Assembly: GCA_964646765.1 (NCBI GenBank)
Contig: CAZYIA010000001.1
Location: 1,334 to 65,333 of the forward strand
DNA: 64,000 bases
Reading direction: 5' to 3'
DNA from: an uncultured Candidatus Saccharibacteria bacterium
Lineage (GTDB): Bacteria; Patescibacteriota; Minisyncoccia; Phycocordibacterales; UBA9973
This document shows positions 1 through 9,579 of this stretch, piece after piece (the first letter of the stretch is position 1; the number at the start of each line of letters is the position of its first letter). Below the pieces are notes generated by a model that worked only from the letters and a program-made list of their open reading frames with translations, had not been told where the DNA came from and did not search any database. A program made the position numbers and the translations under genes.

Positions 1-489
1 GAATTTCGTTTCTATGATGAAGATAATCAATACATTACCCGTCGTGATGGGGTAGCATACATTGCACCAAACGGAACATCTGCCATTTTTGAAGGAGGCA
101 TCCAAGTTGGCAGCCGACCCCCACACTATACGGAATTTAAATTTCTCGCCGATCCACTTTGGGAATCAATTGATCCACGAAACACTGACATTAAGATTTT
201 TCCGAAAGGGGAAAAGCTAGAGAATGAAGCGATAAAGCCACGATTTACTGCAACGATTATGAATACCTCCCAACTCTTCACTGTACAAGATGTTGATGTC
301 ATTGCTATTTTGTACGGAGCTGATGGTAATGCTCTCGCCGCGTCTCAAACAAATATCGAGGGTATGGTTCCTCAAGAATCACAAGATGTGTACTTCACGT
401 GGCAAAAACCATTCTCTGCACAAGTAACCCGAACCGAAATTATTCCACGCTTTAATGTGTTCCTGACTAATTTCTCGAAGCATTTATGA
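1..489 (+). CDS. 3' part of an unknown protein-coding gene (runs off the window start)
   Basis: Frame 1 is open from base 1 to the stop at 487-489. Codon usage is host-like. The stop overlaps the start of the next gene (atga). Confidence 0.4.
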   Translation, partial: EFRFYDEDNQYITRRDGVAYIAPNGTSAIFEGGIQVGSRPPHYTEFKFLADPLWESIDPRNTDIKIFPKGEKLENEAIKPRFTATIMNTSQLFTVQDVDVIAILYGADGNALAASQTNIEGMVPQESQDVYFTWQKPFSAQVTRTEIIPRFNVFLTNFSKHL

Positions 490-1616
490 TGGAAAAAAAG
501 CGAGGTGTATTTGAGAGCATGGACTGGGTGCTCCTGCTTGTTACATTACCAATTATTGGTAGTGGTTTACTGGCAATGGCTAGTTTTGTAAGTCCAAACC
601 ATTTTTTTGGGCGCCAGCTTATGTGGGTAGTTATCTCCCTTATTGTCTTTTTTATGGTTTCCCAGTTTGATGTTCGGGTGCTTGCTCGAACTGAAATACT
701 CATGACACTGTACGGTATTACTCTTTTTTTATTGTTGGTACTTTTTATCCTTGGTCATGTTTCTCATGGAGCGCAAAGCTGGCTCTCACTTGGTGGTTTT
801 GCTTTGCAGCCTTCAGAAATTATGAAGCTCGTGGTGATTTTAATGCTCGCTAAGTATTTTTCCCGGCGTCACGTAGAAATTGCTCATGTGAAGCACATTA
901 TTATTTCTGGGCTCTATGCTCTTATTCCATTCGTTTTGGTGTTTCTTCAGCCTGACTTTGGTTCGGCAGTGATTATTTTTGCTATTTGGTTTGGTATGGC
1001 AATTGTTGCCGGTATTTCTAAACGACACCTTGCGTTGCTTGGTGCTATTGGGCTTGTTATTCTTGCTGGCCTTTGGTTGTTTGTGTTTAAACCCTACCAA
1101 AAAGCTCGCATCTTAACATTTTTACACCCGTCATCTGATCTTACTGGAAGTGGCTACAACGCCTATCAATCAACAGTTGCTATTGGTAGTGGTCAGCTTG
1201 TGGGAAAAGGAGTTGGTTTTGGAACGCAATCCAGACTTCAATTTTTGCCAGAGTATCAAACCGACTTTATCTTTGCAGCCTTTGCTGAAGAGTGGGGATT
1301 TATTGGCGTTATTCTTTTATTTATTCTCTTTGCCGTTCTCATTTGGCAAATTATCGGTAACGCGCTTGGAGGAGCAAGCAACTTCGAAGTGCTCTTTAGT
1401 ACTGGTGTGGCCATCTACTTTATGAGCCACATTATTATTAATGTTGGCATGAATTTAAAGCTTTTGCCGGTGACCGGTATCACGTTACCGTTTATGAGTT
1501 ATGGAGGAAGTCACCTCGTGACAGAATACGCCGCCCTTGGTATTGTGGTAGCCATGCGGCGCTATAGGAGGGCTATTCACCGCCAAGACCTAGAGCACGA
1601 ATTCGTTGGAACATAA
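486..1616 (+). CDS. SEDS-family peptidoglycan glycosyltransferase (FtsW/RodA/SpoVE)
   Basis: 376 aa, about 10 TM segments. Conserved SEDS blocks LQPSEIMKLVVIL, DFGSAVIIF and GVGFGTQSRLQFLPEYQTDFIFAAFAEEWGFIG. Confidence 0.85.
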   Translation: MMEKKRGVFESMDWVLLLVTLPIIGSGLLAMASFVSPNHFFGRQLMWVVISLIVFFMVSQFDVRVLARTEILMTLYGITLFLLLVLFILGHVSHGAQSWLSLGGFALQPSEIMKLVVILMLAKYFSRRHVEIAHVKHIIISGLYALIPFVLVFLQPDFGSAVIIFAIWFGMAIVAGISKRHLALLGAIGLVILAGLWLFVFKPYQKARILTFLHPSSDLTGSGYNAYQSTVAIGSGQLVGKGVGFGTQSRLQFLPEYQTDFIFAAFAEEWGFIGVILLFILFAVLIWQIIGNALGGASNFEVLFSTGVAIYFMSHIIINVGMNLKLLPVTGITLPFMSYGGSHLVTEYAALGIVVAMRRYRRAIHRQDLEHEFVGT

Positions 1617-1622
1617 CTTTTC

Positions 1623-2462
1623 ATGCAACTTATTAATGGACGCGCACTTCGCGATAGTATTTTAGAGACACTCAAACAACGAGTGTCGGTTTTACCGTTT
1701 CAGCCGGTTTTTTGTGATGTGCTTGTTGGTAATGATCCAGCTAGTGCGCAGTACGTACGAATGAAAGCTAAAACTGCTGAAAGTATAGGTCTTCGAGTGC
1801 ATCATGCAGAATTTCCGGCGGATATCACCACCGAAGCACTTATTGAAGAAGTTAAAAAAATAAATCAGATTCCGCACATGGCAGGACTTATTGTGCAGTT
1901 GCCACTACCTCCACATATTGATCGAACAAAAGTGCTTGATGCTATTGACCCACGTATTGATGTTGATTGCTTAACACTAGGGAATAGCGAGCGATTTTAT
2001 CGAGGTGAAATAGTACCAGTATTTCCAACTGCTCGAGCGGTACTTGCAGCTCTGGATTCTTTAAACCTTTCACTTACTGATAAACGTATTGTTGTTATCG
2101 GGCAAGGAATGCTTGTCGGGAAGCCAGTGACGTATCTTCTCCGTGCTCGCGGCTGTGAACCACAAACTATTGTTCGTGATACGGTCGACCCTCTCTCTAT
2201 AACTCGTGCTGCCGATATTCTTATCTCTGCAACTGGAGCAGCAAAAAATATTACGGCTGACAAAGTTAAATCTGGTGTCATTATTGTTGATGCTGGAACT
2301 TCTGAATCTAATGGTGGCATTGTTGGGGATGTTGATCTTGAGTCGGTATCAGAAAAAGCTTCGTATGTTTCGCCAACTCCTGGGGGAGTAGGGCCAGTAA
2401 CCGTTTCAATGTTGCTCGATAATGTTGTTACCGTTGCAGAGGGGATGAGTCAAAAAAACTAG
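1623..2462 (+). CDS. folD: bifunctional methylenetetrahydrofolate dehydrogenase/cyclohydrolase
   Basis: 279 aa. ASAQYVRMKAK..., GLIVQLPLP and the DVDCLT...GNS motif are typical of FolD. Confidence 0.9.
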   Translation: MQLINGRALRDSILETLKQRVSVLPFQPVFCDVLVGNDPASAQYVRMKAKTAESIGLRVHHAEFPADITTEALIEEVKKINQIPHMAGLIVQLPLPPHIDRTKVLDAIDPRIDVDCLTLGNSERFYRGEIVPVFPTARAVLAALDSLNLSLTDKRIVVIGQGMLVGKPVTYLLRARGCEPQTIVRDTVDPLSITRAADILISATGAAKNITADKVKSGVIIVDAGTSESNGGIVGDVDLESVSEKASYVSPTPGGVGPVTVSMLLDNVVTVAEGMSQKN

Positions 2463-2464
2463 GT

Positions 2465-2971
2465 ATGAACATGCTCATCCTAAAATTTTTCAATAGTCAT
2501 GGCACAAAATCGCCAATACTTCGCGCTCTCTCGCTTTGGATTTCACGACCAACAGGTTATATACCGCTCATCATTGCGATGCTTATACCCGTTTTGATAC
2601 TGGCACCGAATAAGGCAACATGGCTCATACTCTCGGCCGGAGTTGTAGGAGGTTCGTGGCTTTTTGCACACATATTAAAGATTATTTTTCGTATTCCTCG
2701 TCCAGTGCATGGGTTTGAGGATATTCTTGTCTTAATCACTGAAAGCGGATATTCATTCCCATCTGAACACGCCTCAGTTTTTTCTGCGATTGCCGTTCTC
2801 GGATTTTATGCAGCACCATGGTTCGGTGCCATTTTTTTAGTCCTCGCTGTTTTTGTTAGTATTTCTCGAGTGATTGCTGGGGTTCATTACCCATCTGATG
2901 TTCTTGTTGGTTTTTGCTTGGGAACGTTTGTTGGTATGATGCTCTGTAGCGTTGGTGCACAATTTTTATGA
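2465..2971 (+). CDS. PAP2-family phosphatase (undecaprenyl-PP / lipid phosphatase type)
   Basis: 168 aa membrane protein with PAP2 motifs PSEHAS and SRVIAGVHYPSDVLVG. Confidence 0.8.
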   Translation: MNMLILKFFNSHGTKSPILRALSLWISRPTGYIPLIIAMLIPVLILAPNKATWLILSAGVVGGSWLFAHILKIIFRIPRPVHGFEDILVLITESGYSFPSEHASVFSAIAVLGFYAAPWFGAIFLVLAVFVSISRVIAGVHYPSDVLVGFCLGTFVGMMLCSVGAQFL

Positions 2972-3741
2972 CTATCGTTCACGCCATCATTCTTGGTATT
3001 GTAGAAGGGATTACTGAATTTTTACCCGTTTCTTCAACTGCTCACCTCGAAATTGCTTCACGATTGCTTGGTCTTGCTGAAACTGATTTTCTAAAAACAT
3101 TCACTATTGTTATCCAGCTTGGCGCAATCCTTGCAGTGTGTGTGCTTTTTTTCAGATTAGTATGGAATAACAAAAAACTCATCTGGCTAACACTTGCCGG
3201 ATTTATTCCAACTGCTGTTGTTGGCTTTGCGCTCTATAAGATCATTAAAGGATATCTTATTGGCAACATTTTTATTGCTGCCGTTACGTTACTTCTCGGC
3301 GGTATTTTCTTTTTGGTTCTTGAATATTGGTACCTTCCTAAAAAGGCAGCCACACATTTGAATGAATATCCCTCTATCGGTGAAAGTATCGGTTTTGGAC
3401 TTGCTCAAGCCCTTGCTGTCGTGCCGGGCGTTTCGCGTTCGGGAGCGGTTATCGTGTACGGATTACTCCGAGGTTACTCACGCGAAGTTGTAATAACATT
3501 TGCTTTTTTACTAGCTGTGCCAACCATGGCCGCTGCTAGCGCATATGACCTCTATAAGTCAGCCCAGGCTTTTTCTAGTGGGGAGTGGCATGTCCTCCTC
3601 ATTGGTTTCCTAGTCTCGTTTGTTGTGGCTTATGGGGTATCAAAGTGGTTTATCCGCTTTATTTCAAACCATAGTTTTAAGGTTTTTGGCTGGTACCGTA
3701 TTGTCCTTGCCCTCGCTATCTTTGTTGGGTTGCTTTTTTAA
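2968..3741 (+). CDS. uppP: undecaprenyl-diphosphatase UppP/BacA
   Basis: N-terminus HAIILGIVEGITEFLPVSSTAHL is the UppP signature. 257 aa, polytopic. Confidence 0.9.
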   Translation: MTIVHAIILGIVEGITEFLPVSSTAHLEIASRLLGLAETDFLKTFTIVIQLGAILAVCVLFFRLVWNNKKLIWLTLAGFIPTAVVGFALYKIIKGYLIGNIFIAAVTLLLGGIFFLVLEYWYLPKKAATHLNEYPSIGESIGFGLAQALAVVPGVSRSGAVIVYGLLRGYSREVVITFAFLLAVPTMAAASAYDLYKSAQAFSSGEWHVLLIGFLVSFVVAYGVSKWFIRFISNHSFKVFGWYRIVLALAIFVGLLF

Positions 3742-3797
3742 CTCCCACAAGTAGAATAAGCCCATTACTATAAATTAGAGAGAATACAGGTTTCAGT

Positions 3798-5192
3798 ATG
3801 TGGAAGAAACGGTTACTTGCCCTCCTCATCTTGCTTATCGGTGTAGGAGTTGCGTACTTTGTTTACGGTTCGGAATTAAAAAATAACACTGCGGGAAAAG
3901 AAATAGTTCCAATTCCAGCATGGCTCCCAAGTAAGCCGTTTAAACTTGGCCTTGATCTCTCTGGCGGCTCACACCTTGTGTATAAGGCGGACGTATCACA
4001 GCTGAAGGGGACTTCAGTTGCCGATGCAATGTCATCTCTTCGGGATGTTATTGAACGCCGCATCAATATCTTTGGTGTTTCTGAACCAGTTGTTCAAATC
4101 CAAAATAGTACTTTCTCAAATGGTGGTGAAAACCGTTTGATTGTTGATCTCCCTGGTGTTACCGACATCGAGAAAGCAATTACTATGATTGGCCAGACTC
4201 CGCTTCTTGAGTTCAAGACCGAGAATCCAAATCCACCAACAATTAATGCTACTGTCGGACCTGACGGTAAAGTAAACATTGGTTCTGTAGATCCTTCATC
4301 TCGATATAGTCCTACACAGCTCACTGGCCGCTATCTCTCAAAAGCAGAACTTCAGTTTGATCCAAATACAGGTCAGCCAGTAGTAACGCTTGTTTTTGAT
4401 GCAGAAGGATCAAAACTCTTTGAAGATATCACTCGAGCAAACGTTGGTAAAACCGTTGCTATTTTCCTTGATGGTGCGCCAATTTCTACTCCGACGGTGC
4501 AACAAGCAATTGTTGGTGGTCATGCTCAAATTACTGGGAACTTTACTCCACAAGAAGCGAAGCAGCTTGTTGGCCGCTTAAATTCAGGAGCGCTTCCAGT
4601 GCCAATTTCACTTATCTCAACGCAGACCATTGGTCCATCACTCGGTGCCGAAGCTGTAAAAGCTGGTCTGCACGCTGGACTTATCGGTTTCCTTATTATC
4701 GCTCTCTTCTTGATTCTCTGGTATCGTTTTCCAGGATTGATTGCGGTAATCGCACTCGGTATGTACATGGCCATTACACTTGCGCTCTACAAGTTAATCC
4801 CAGTCACACTTACTGCTGCCGGTATTGCGGGTTTCATTATCTCGATCGGTATTGCGGTAGATGCAAATATTCTTATCTTCGAACGTATCAAAGAAGAAAT
4901 TAGAAGTGGTCGCAATATTCCAGATGCGATTCACACTGGTTTCTCTCGTGCATGGTTCTCAATTCGCGATTCAAACATTTCCACTTTCATTACTTCAGTT
5001 ATTCTCTTCTGGTTTGGCACATCACTCATTAAAGGTTTTGCGCTTACTCTTATGTTGGGTGTGATTGTGTCACTCTTCTCAGCAATTGTTGTTTCTCGAT
5101 TATTCCTCTTTGCTATTGGTGTTGAACGAACGAATGCCTTTACCAGCTTCCTCTTCGGTTCCGGATTCTCCGGTGCCCGGGCGAAAAAATAA
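3798..5192 (+). CDS. secD: protein translocase subunit SecD
   Basis: 464 aa. LGLDLSGGSHLVYKAD motif, periplasmic domain and a C-terminal 6-TM bundle. Confidence 0.9.
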   Translation: MWKKRLLALLILLIGVGVAYFVYGSELKNNTAGKEIVPIPAWLPSKPFKLGLDLSGGSHLVYKADVSQLKGTSVADAMSSLRDVIERRINIFGVSEPVVQIQNSTFSNGGENRLIVDLPGVTDIEKAITMIGQTPLLEFKTENPNPPTINATVGPDGKVNIGSVDPSSRYSPTQLTGRYLSKAELQFDPNTGQPVVTLVFDAEGSKLFEDITRANVGKTVAIFLDGAPISTPTVQQAIVGGHAQITGNFTPQEAKQLVGRLNSGALPVPISLISTQTIGPSLGAEAVKAGLHAGLIGFLIIALFLILWYRFPGLIAVIALGMYMAITLALYKLIPVTLTAAGIAGFIISIGIAVDANILIFERIKEEIRSGRNIPDAIHTGFSRAWFSIRDSNISTFITSVILFWFGTSLIKGFALTLMLGVIVSLFSAIVVSRLFLFAIGVERTNAFTSFLFGSGFSGARAKK

Positions 5193-5210
5193 TCTGTTTG
5201 AGAGAATCCT

Positions 5211-6113
5211 ATGTTTATCATCAAAAACAAATTCATCTTTATCGGTATTTCAGCCGTATTAGTACTCCTTTCGATCGTCCTCGTGGCTACCCTTGGGTTA
5301 AAACCAGGTATCGACTTTAAAGGTGGGGCACTCACAGAAGTAACCTATCCTAATGGTCGACCAGCTATTGAACATATTCAAGCTGGTGTGGAGTCGCTTT
5401 CATTTGGCGAAACAGTAGTGCAGGAAGCTGGAGCAAATGGCGTCATTGTAAAGTCTCGTGATATCACTGATGCAGAACGTTCTTCGCTTTTGAAAGCCCT
5501 CGCTGTCGATAATGCAACGGTTGAAGAAAAGAGCTTTACTTCAATTGGTCCTTCAGTTGGCCGTGAACTTACTCGAAAATCAATCGTTGCGGTTATTTTA
5601 GTTGCTCTCGCAATCATTCTCTTCATCGCTTTTGCTTTCCGAAAAGTATCCGAGCCTGTTTCCTCATGGAAGTATGGGTTAATCGCTATTGTTACCTTGG
5701 TACACGATATTGCGATGCCTTCTGGTGTATTTGCGCTCCTCTCTTATTTTCATGGTGCAGAGGTTGATTCACTCTTTGTGGTAGCTCTGCTTACGGTTCT
5801 CGGTCTTTCTGTGTCAGATACGATTGTGGTGTTCGACCGAATCCGTGAAAATCTGAAATGGAATCCAGCACCAACATTTGCTGAAACAGTAGGGAAGAGT
5901 CTCTCTCAAACATTCACTCGATCAATTAATACTTCACTCACCGTTATTCTTGCTCTTCTCGCACTCTTCTTCTTTGGTCCAGAAACCACTAAGAATTTTG
6001 CTCTTGTGCTCGTTACCGGTATGTTCTTCGGAACGTATTCATCAATTTTTGTTGCAAGTCCTATCCTCGTGCTCGTTGAGGAATGGCAGCGAAAAAAGAA
6101 AGGAAAGAAATAA
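5211..6113 (+). CDS. secF: protein translocase subunit SecF
   Basis: 300 aa, lies directly after secD. SecF-type TM bundle (GLSVSDTIVVFDRIRE). Confidence 0.9.
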   Translation: MFIIKNKFIFIGISAVLVLLSIVLVATLGLKPGIDFKGGALTEVTYPNGRPAIEHIQAGVESLSFGETVVQEAGANGVIVKSRDITDAERSSLLKALAVDNATVEEKSFTSIGPSVGRELTRKSIVAVILVALAIILFIAFAFRKVSEPVSSWKYGLIAIVTLVHDIAMPSGVFALLSYFHGAEVDSLFVVALLTVLGLSVSDTIVVFDRIRENLKWNPAPTFAETVGKSLSQTFTRSINTSLTVILALLALFFFGPETTKNFALVLVTGMFFGTYSSIFVASPILVLVEEWQRKKKGKK

Positions 6114-6128
6114 TTTGTGTAGTAGAAA

Positions 6129-6157
6129 AGGCTCCCGAAAAAACGTGGAGCCTTTTG
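6129..6157 (+). terminator. intrinsic terminator after secF
   Basis: ggctcc-N11-ggagcc hairpin followed by a T run. Confidence 0.6.
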
Positions 6158-6356
6158 CTTAGCAAAGATGATGCCTTTGCCGTTACTTTGCCTGAAGTGG
6201 GAGCGATTCGCTATTGGTCCAAAATGAACCATCATTCTTTCCAATATATTGGTTCCGCAGTGACGCGACTAACAATAGAATAAGAAAGAAAAGCACGAAC
6301 CGACGCAACCTCTCCTGAGGACTTTGCCGGAGTAAGAAAAGTATATGCATAAAAAA

Positions 6357-6545
6357 TTAATAGTTTTTGGCGGGCACCGAATTGTTGGTAGGATTCATTG
6401 GCACTTTTACTGCTTGTATAAAGCGAGGATTTTTGACTGCACAAAATACAAAAGCAATTAGTATCATGCAAAATACTACAATGGCAATGTTGCCCTTGGT
6501 TTCTGGTTTCATAAGCGGTAAGGTTTTGATTTGATTTCTGCTCAT
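6357..6545 (-). CDS. small hypothetical single-TM protein
   Basis: 62-aa ORF with a strongly hydrophobic core IAIVVFCMILIAFVFCAV. Lies in the secF-lemA gap. Weak call. Confidence 0.25.
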   Translation of the reverse strand: MSRNQIKTLPLMKPETKGNIAIVVFCMILIAFVFCAVKNPRFIQAVKVPMNPTNNSVPAKNY

Positions 6546-6585
6546 AGTACAATGTGTTGGTTATTAGTCAAAATCCAGTTTTGCT

Positions 6586-7146
6586 ATGTTTATCCTTATT
6601 GGTATTGTTGTTCTTGGTATTCTCTACGCCATAATTTCATTTAACGGCTTTGTTACCCTTAAAAACCGAGCCCAGGAGGCTTGGGCTGATATCGAAGTGC
6701 AGTTGAAGCGTCGTTATGACCTTATTCCAAATCTCGTTAACACTGTAAAAGGGTACGCCTCACACGAGAGTGGTACCCTAGAAAAAGTGATTGCAGCTCG
6801 AAATCAGGCTGTAGCCACAATGAGTGGAACTGCTACAACTGAACAGAAAGCCCAGGCAGAAAATATGCTCTCGGGTACTTTGAAGTCACTCTTTGCTCTC
6901 TCTGAAAGTTATCCTGATCTTAAGGCAAACCAGAATTTCATGGAGCTTCAGCGCGAGCTCTCTGATACCGAAAATAAAATTCAGGCCGCTCGTCGTTTCT
7001 ATAACTCTAATGTTCGCGATCTTAATATTAAAATTGAGCAGTTTCCAGGCAATCTTATTGCTAATGCTTTTGCTTTCAAAAAAATGGATCTCTTCGACAT
7101 CCCAGATGGTGATGCTGCTCAGAATCCAGTAGAAGTTAAATTCTAG
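6586..7146 (+). CDS. lemA: LemA family protein
   Basis: 186 aa. N-terminal TM then FVTLKNRAQEAWADIEVQLKRRYDLIPNLV, which is the LemA signature. Confidence 0.85.
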   Translation: MFILIGIVVLGILYAIISFNGFVTLKNRAQEAWADIEVQLKRRYDLIPNLVNTVKGYASHESGTLEKVIAARNQAVATMSGTATTEQKAQAENMLSGTLKSLFALSESYPDLKANQNFMELQRELSDTENKIQAARRFYNSNVRDLNIKIEQFPGNLIANAFAFKKMDLFDIPDGDAAQNPVEVKF

Positions 7147-7150
7147 GCTT

Positions 7151-7534
7151 ATGTACTATTATCACTATTCACGTCCTAACTTTGGCCTTGGTATGTTTTG
7201 GCTCGCTATTGTTATCTTAATGATCGCTGCTTGGGTGAAGATGTTCCAAAAAGCGGGAAGAGAATGGTGGGAGGCTATTATCCCAATTTATAACGTATAC
7301 GTTCTTCTTAAAATTGTTGGCAAACCAGGCTGGTGGCTTCTTCTCTATTTGATTCCATTGGTGAATATTGTTGTTTCCGTTATTGTGAAGCACAATCTCT
7401 CAAAAAAGTTTGGTAAGGATGTTGGCTTTACTATTGGCCTGATTTTTCTCCCGTTTATTTTTTTACCGATCTTAGGATTTGGTGACAGTGTCTATACAAA
7501 AGAAGAAATTATTAGCCAGGCTCCGACAGCGTAA
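7151..7534 (+). CDS. small polytopic membrane protein (DUF-type)
   Basis: 127 aa, 3-4 TM. Conserved-looking block KMFQKAGREWWEAIIPIYNVYVLLKIVGKPGWW. Confidence 0.6.
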   Translation: MYYYHYSRPNFGLGMFWLAIVILMIAAWVKMFQKAGREWWEAIIPIYNVYVLLKIVGKPGWWLLLYLIPLVNIVVSVIVKHNLSKKFGKDVGFTIGLIFLPFIFLPILGFGDSVYTKEEIISQAPTA

Positions 7535-7543
7535 AGTTATACT

Positions 7544-8296
7544 ATGTTCATTATTCTTGGCATCATTGTTCTCCTCGTTATTGCTTCTATTCGTATCGTT
7601 AAAGAGTACGAGCGGGGAGTAATTTTTTTCCTTGGTAAGGCAACTGGTGTTCGTGGACCAGGGCTTATTTTGGTCATTCCAATTTTTGAAATGATGACAC
7701 GGGTGCAACTTCGCACGGTAACTATGGATATTCCGTCACAGAAAATTATTACCAAAGATAACGTTTCTATTGATATTGCTGCCGTGGCGTACTATCACGT
7801 AGCTGATGCTATGAAATCGGTTATCGCTATTGAAGATATTTATAAAGCAGTAAACCAAATTAGTCAGACAACGGTGCGAAATGTCGTCGGTCAATTTTCA
7901 CTTGATCAGTTACTTTCTCAAACGAGTGAAATTAATACACAAATAAAAAATGTTATTGATGCTCACACTGAACCATGGGGTGCGCAGGTAACAGCAGTTG
8001 AAATTAAAGATATCACTCTTCCTGAAAACATGCAGCGAGCTATGGCTAAAGAAGCTGAAGCTGAGCGCGAGCGCCGAGCAAAAATTGTGGCGGCTGAAGG
8101 TGAGTTTCAGGCCGCTCAGCGTCTTGGTGAAGCGGCTGATCTCATTTCGAAGCACCCAGTTGCCCTTCAACTCCGTACACTGCAAACCATGTCTGAAATT
8201 GCGACCGAAAAGAACTCCACCATTATTTTCCCAGCCCAGTTTATGACAACCGTGCAAGAGGCAATGAAAATGGTGAAGGGGGATAACCAAGCGTAA
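7544..8296 (+). CDS. SPFH/band-7 (stomatin-like) protein
   Basis: 250 aa. N-terminal TM, SPFH core [17 protein letters not shown]...[13 protein letters not shown], coiled-coil [11 protein letters not shown]. Confidence 0.85.
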   Translation: MFIILGIIVLLVIASIRIVKEYERGVIFFLGKATGVRGPGLILVIPIFEMMTRVQLRTVTMDIPSQKIITKDNVSIDIAAVAYYHVADAMKSVIAIEDIYKAVNQISQTTVRNVVGQFSLDQLLSQTSEINTQIKNVIDAHTEPWGAQVTAVEIKDITLPENMQRAMAKEAEAERERRAKIVAAEGEFQAAQRLGEAADLISKHPVALQLRTLQTMSEIATEKNSTIIFPAQFMTTVQEAMKMVKGDNQA

Positions 8297-8351
8297 GAGG
8301 AGTTTCCTACCTAAATGATATAATGAAAGAGCGGCTTTTTGCTGCTATTTT

Positions 8352-9251
8352 ATGGCTACTCTCTATACACAACAAAGCAAAAATGTTACCAAAACCTGGC
8401 TATTAATGACCGTGTTTTTTCTGGTGGTTATTGCCCTCGGTTGGTTTTTCAGCTACTACTACGGTAATCCCAATATCCTTATCTTTTTTGCCTTGTTTTC
8501 GATCGTGATGAACATTGTTTCCTTCTGGTTCTCTGACAAAATTGTCGTGGCGCTTGCAGGGGCAAAACAAGTATCAAAACAAGAAGCTCCTGATCTTTAT
8601 AACGTTGTCGAGAACCTCTCAATTACAGCAGGTCTTCCTTTACCTAAGATTTACGTTATCCAAGATCCATCACCAAATGCATTTGCTACTGGTCGTGATC
8701 CACAACACGCCTCTATTGCTGTCACTACCGGACTTCTCTCAATCATGGATCGAAGTGAACTCGAAGGAGTATTGGCCCACGAGCTTTCGCATGTAGGAAA
8801 TCGCGATATGTTGGTTGCAACCGTTGCAGTGGTACTTGCCGGGTTTGTTTCGATTATCGCCGATGTTTTCCTTCGTGGAAGTATGTTTGGTTTCCGAAGA
8901 AATAGCGATAACGATCGGGAAGGGGGAGGAAATATCTTAATGCTCGTCGGTCTTATTTTTGCTATCCTTGCACCAATTTTTGCTACGCTTATTCAACTAG
9001 CAATTTCTCGTAAACGTGAGTACTTAGCCGATGCTTCTGGAGCACTCCTAACTCGTTACCCAGAAGGCTTAGCTAATGCACTTAGAAAAATCCAACAGTA
9101 CGGCCAACCTATGCGCCGTCAATCAACCGCTATTGCCCATCTTTACATAGCTAACCCCCAAGGTTCTGGTAAGTTTGCAAAAGCGGTTGGTACATTGTTT
9201 TCCACCCACCCACCAATCGACGACCGAATTAAAGCGTTACTTGGGCACTAA
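8352..9251 (+). CDS. htpX: zinc metalloprotease HtpX (M48)
   Basis: 299 aa. HELSHVGNRD HExxH motif in an HtpX-type TM topology. Confidence 0.9.
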   Translation: MATLYTQQSKNVTKTWLLMTVFFLVVIALGWFFSYYYGNPNILIFFALFSIVMNIVSFWFSDKIVVALAGAKQVSKQEAPDLYNVVENLSITAGLPLPKIYVIQDPSPNAFATGRDPQHASIAVTTGLLSIMDRSELEGVLAHELSHVGNRDMLVATVAVVLAGFVSIIADVFLRGSMFGFRRNSDNDREGGGNILMLVGLIFAILAPIFATLIQLAISRKREYLADASGALLTRYPEGLANALRKIQQYGQPMRRQSTAIAHLYIANPQGSGKFAKAVGTLFSTHPPIDDRIKALLGH

Positions 9252-9254
9252 TCT

Positions 9255-9500
9255 ATGGATTCTCTCGAACAACGAGTTAGCAACATTGAAGAACGTAATG
9301 TTCGAGTTGAAGCTGATAAAAAGTGGGAGCAAAGTTGGACGCGGAGAGTTGCTATTGCTGTACTAACATATCTTATTATTTGTCTTTTTCTTTTTGAAAT
9401 AGGCGAGTCGGAAATTTTTCTAAAAGCACTTGTACCGGTTTTTGGTTTTGTTCTCTCAACTTTGTCGATTGAGCTTTTCCGAAAAATGAGCGGATATTAA
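9255..9500 (+). CDS. small hypothetical membrane protein
   Basis: 81 aa with one or two TM segments. Tightly coupled to htpX. Confidence 0.4.
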   Translation: MDSLEQRVSNIEERNVRVEADKKWEQSWTRRVAIAVLTYLIICLFLFEIGESEIFLKALVPVFGFVLSTLSIELFRKMSGY

Positions 9501-9579
9501 TCACGATAGTAGTATGATTGGTTTCCCTCGCCGGGAAACTTCACATTTTGTATAATTGCTCGTTACTTACGTAATATAT

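Noticed and set aside
6232-6552. 106-aa minus-strand ORF in the secF-lemA gap
   Set aside because: It overlaps the more plausible 62-aa TM ORF in another frame. The translation is low-complexity and looks like a non-coding read-through. Only the 62-aa ORF is kept, and with low confidence.
9556-9579. ORF-track TTG start for the first ABC transporter
   Set aside because: A TATAAT -10 box overlaps it (9551-9556). The downstream ATG at 9580 is the more credible start.
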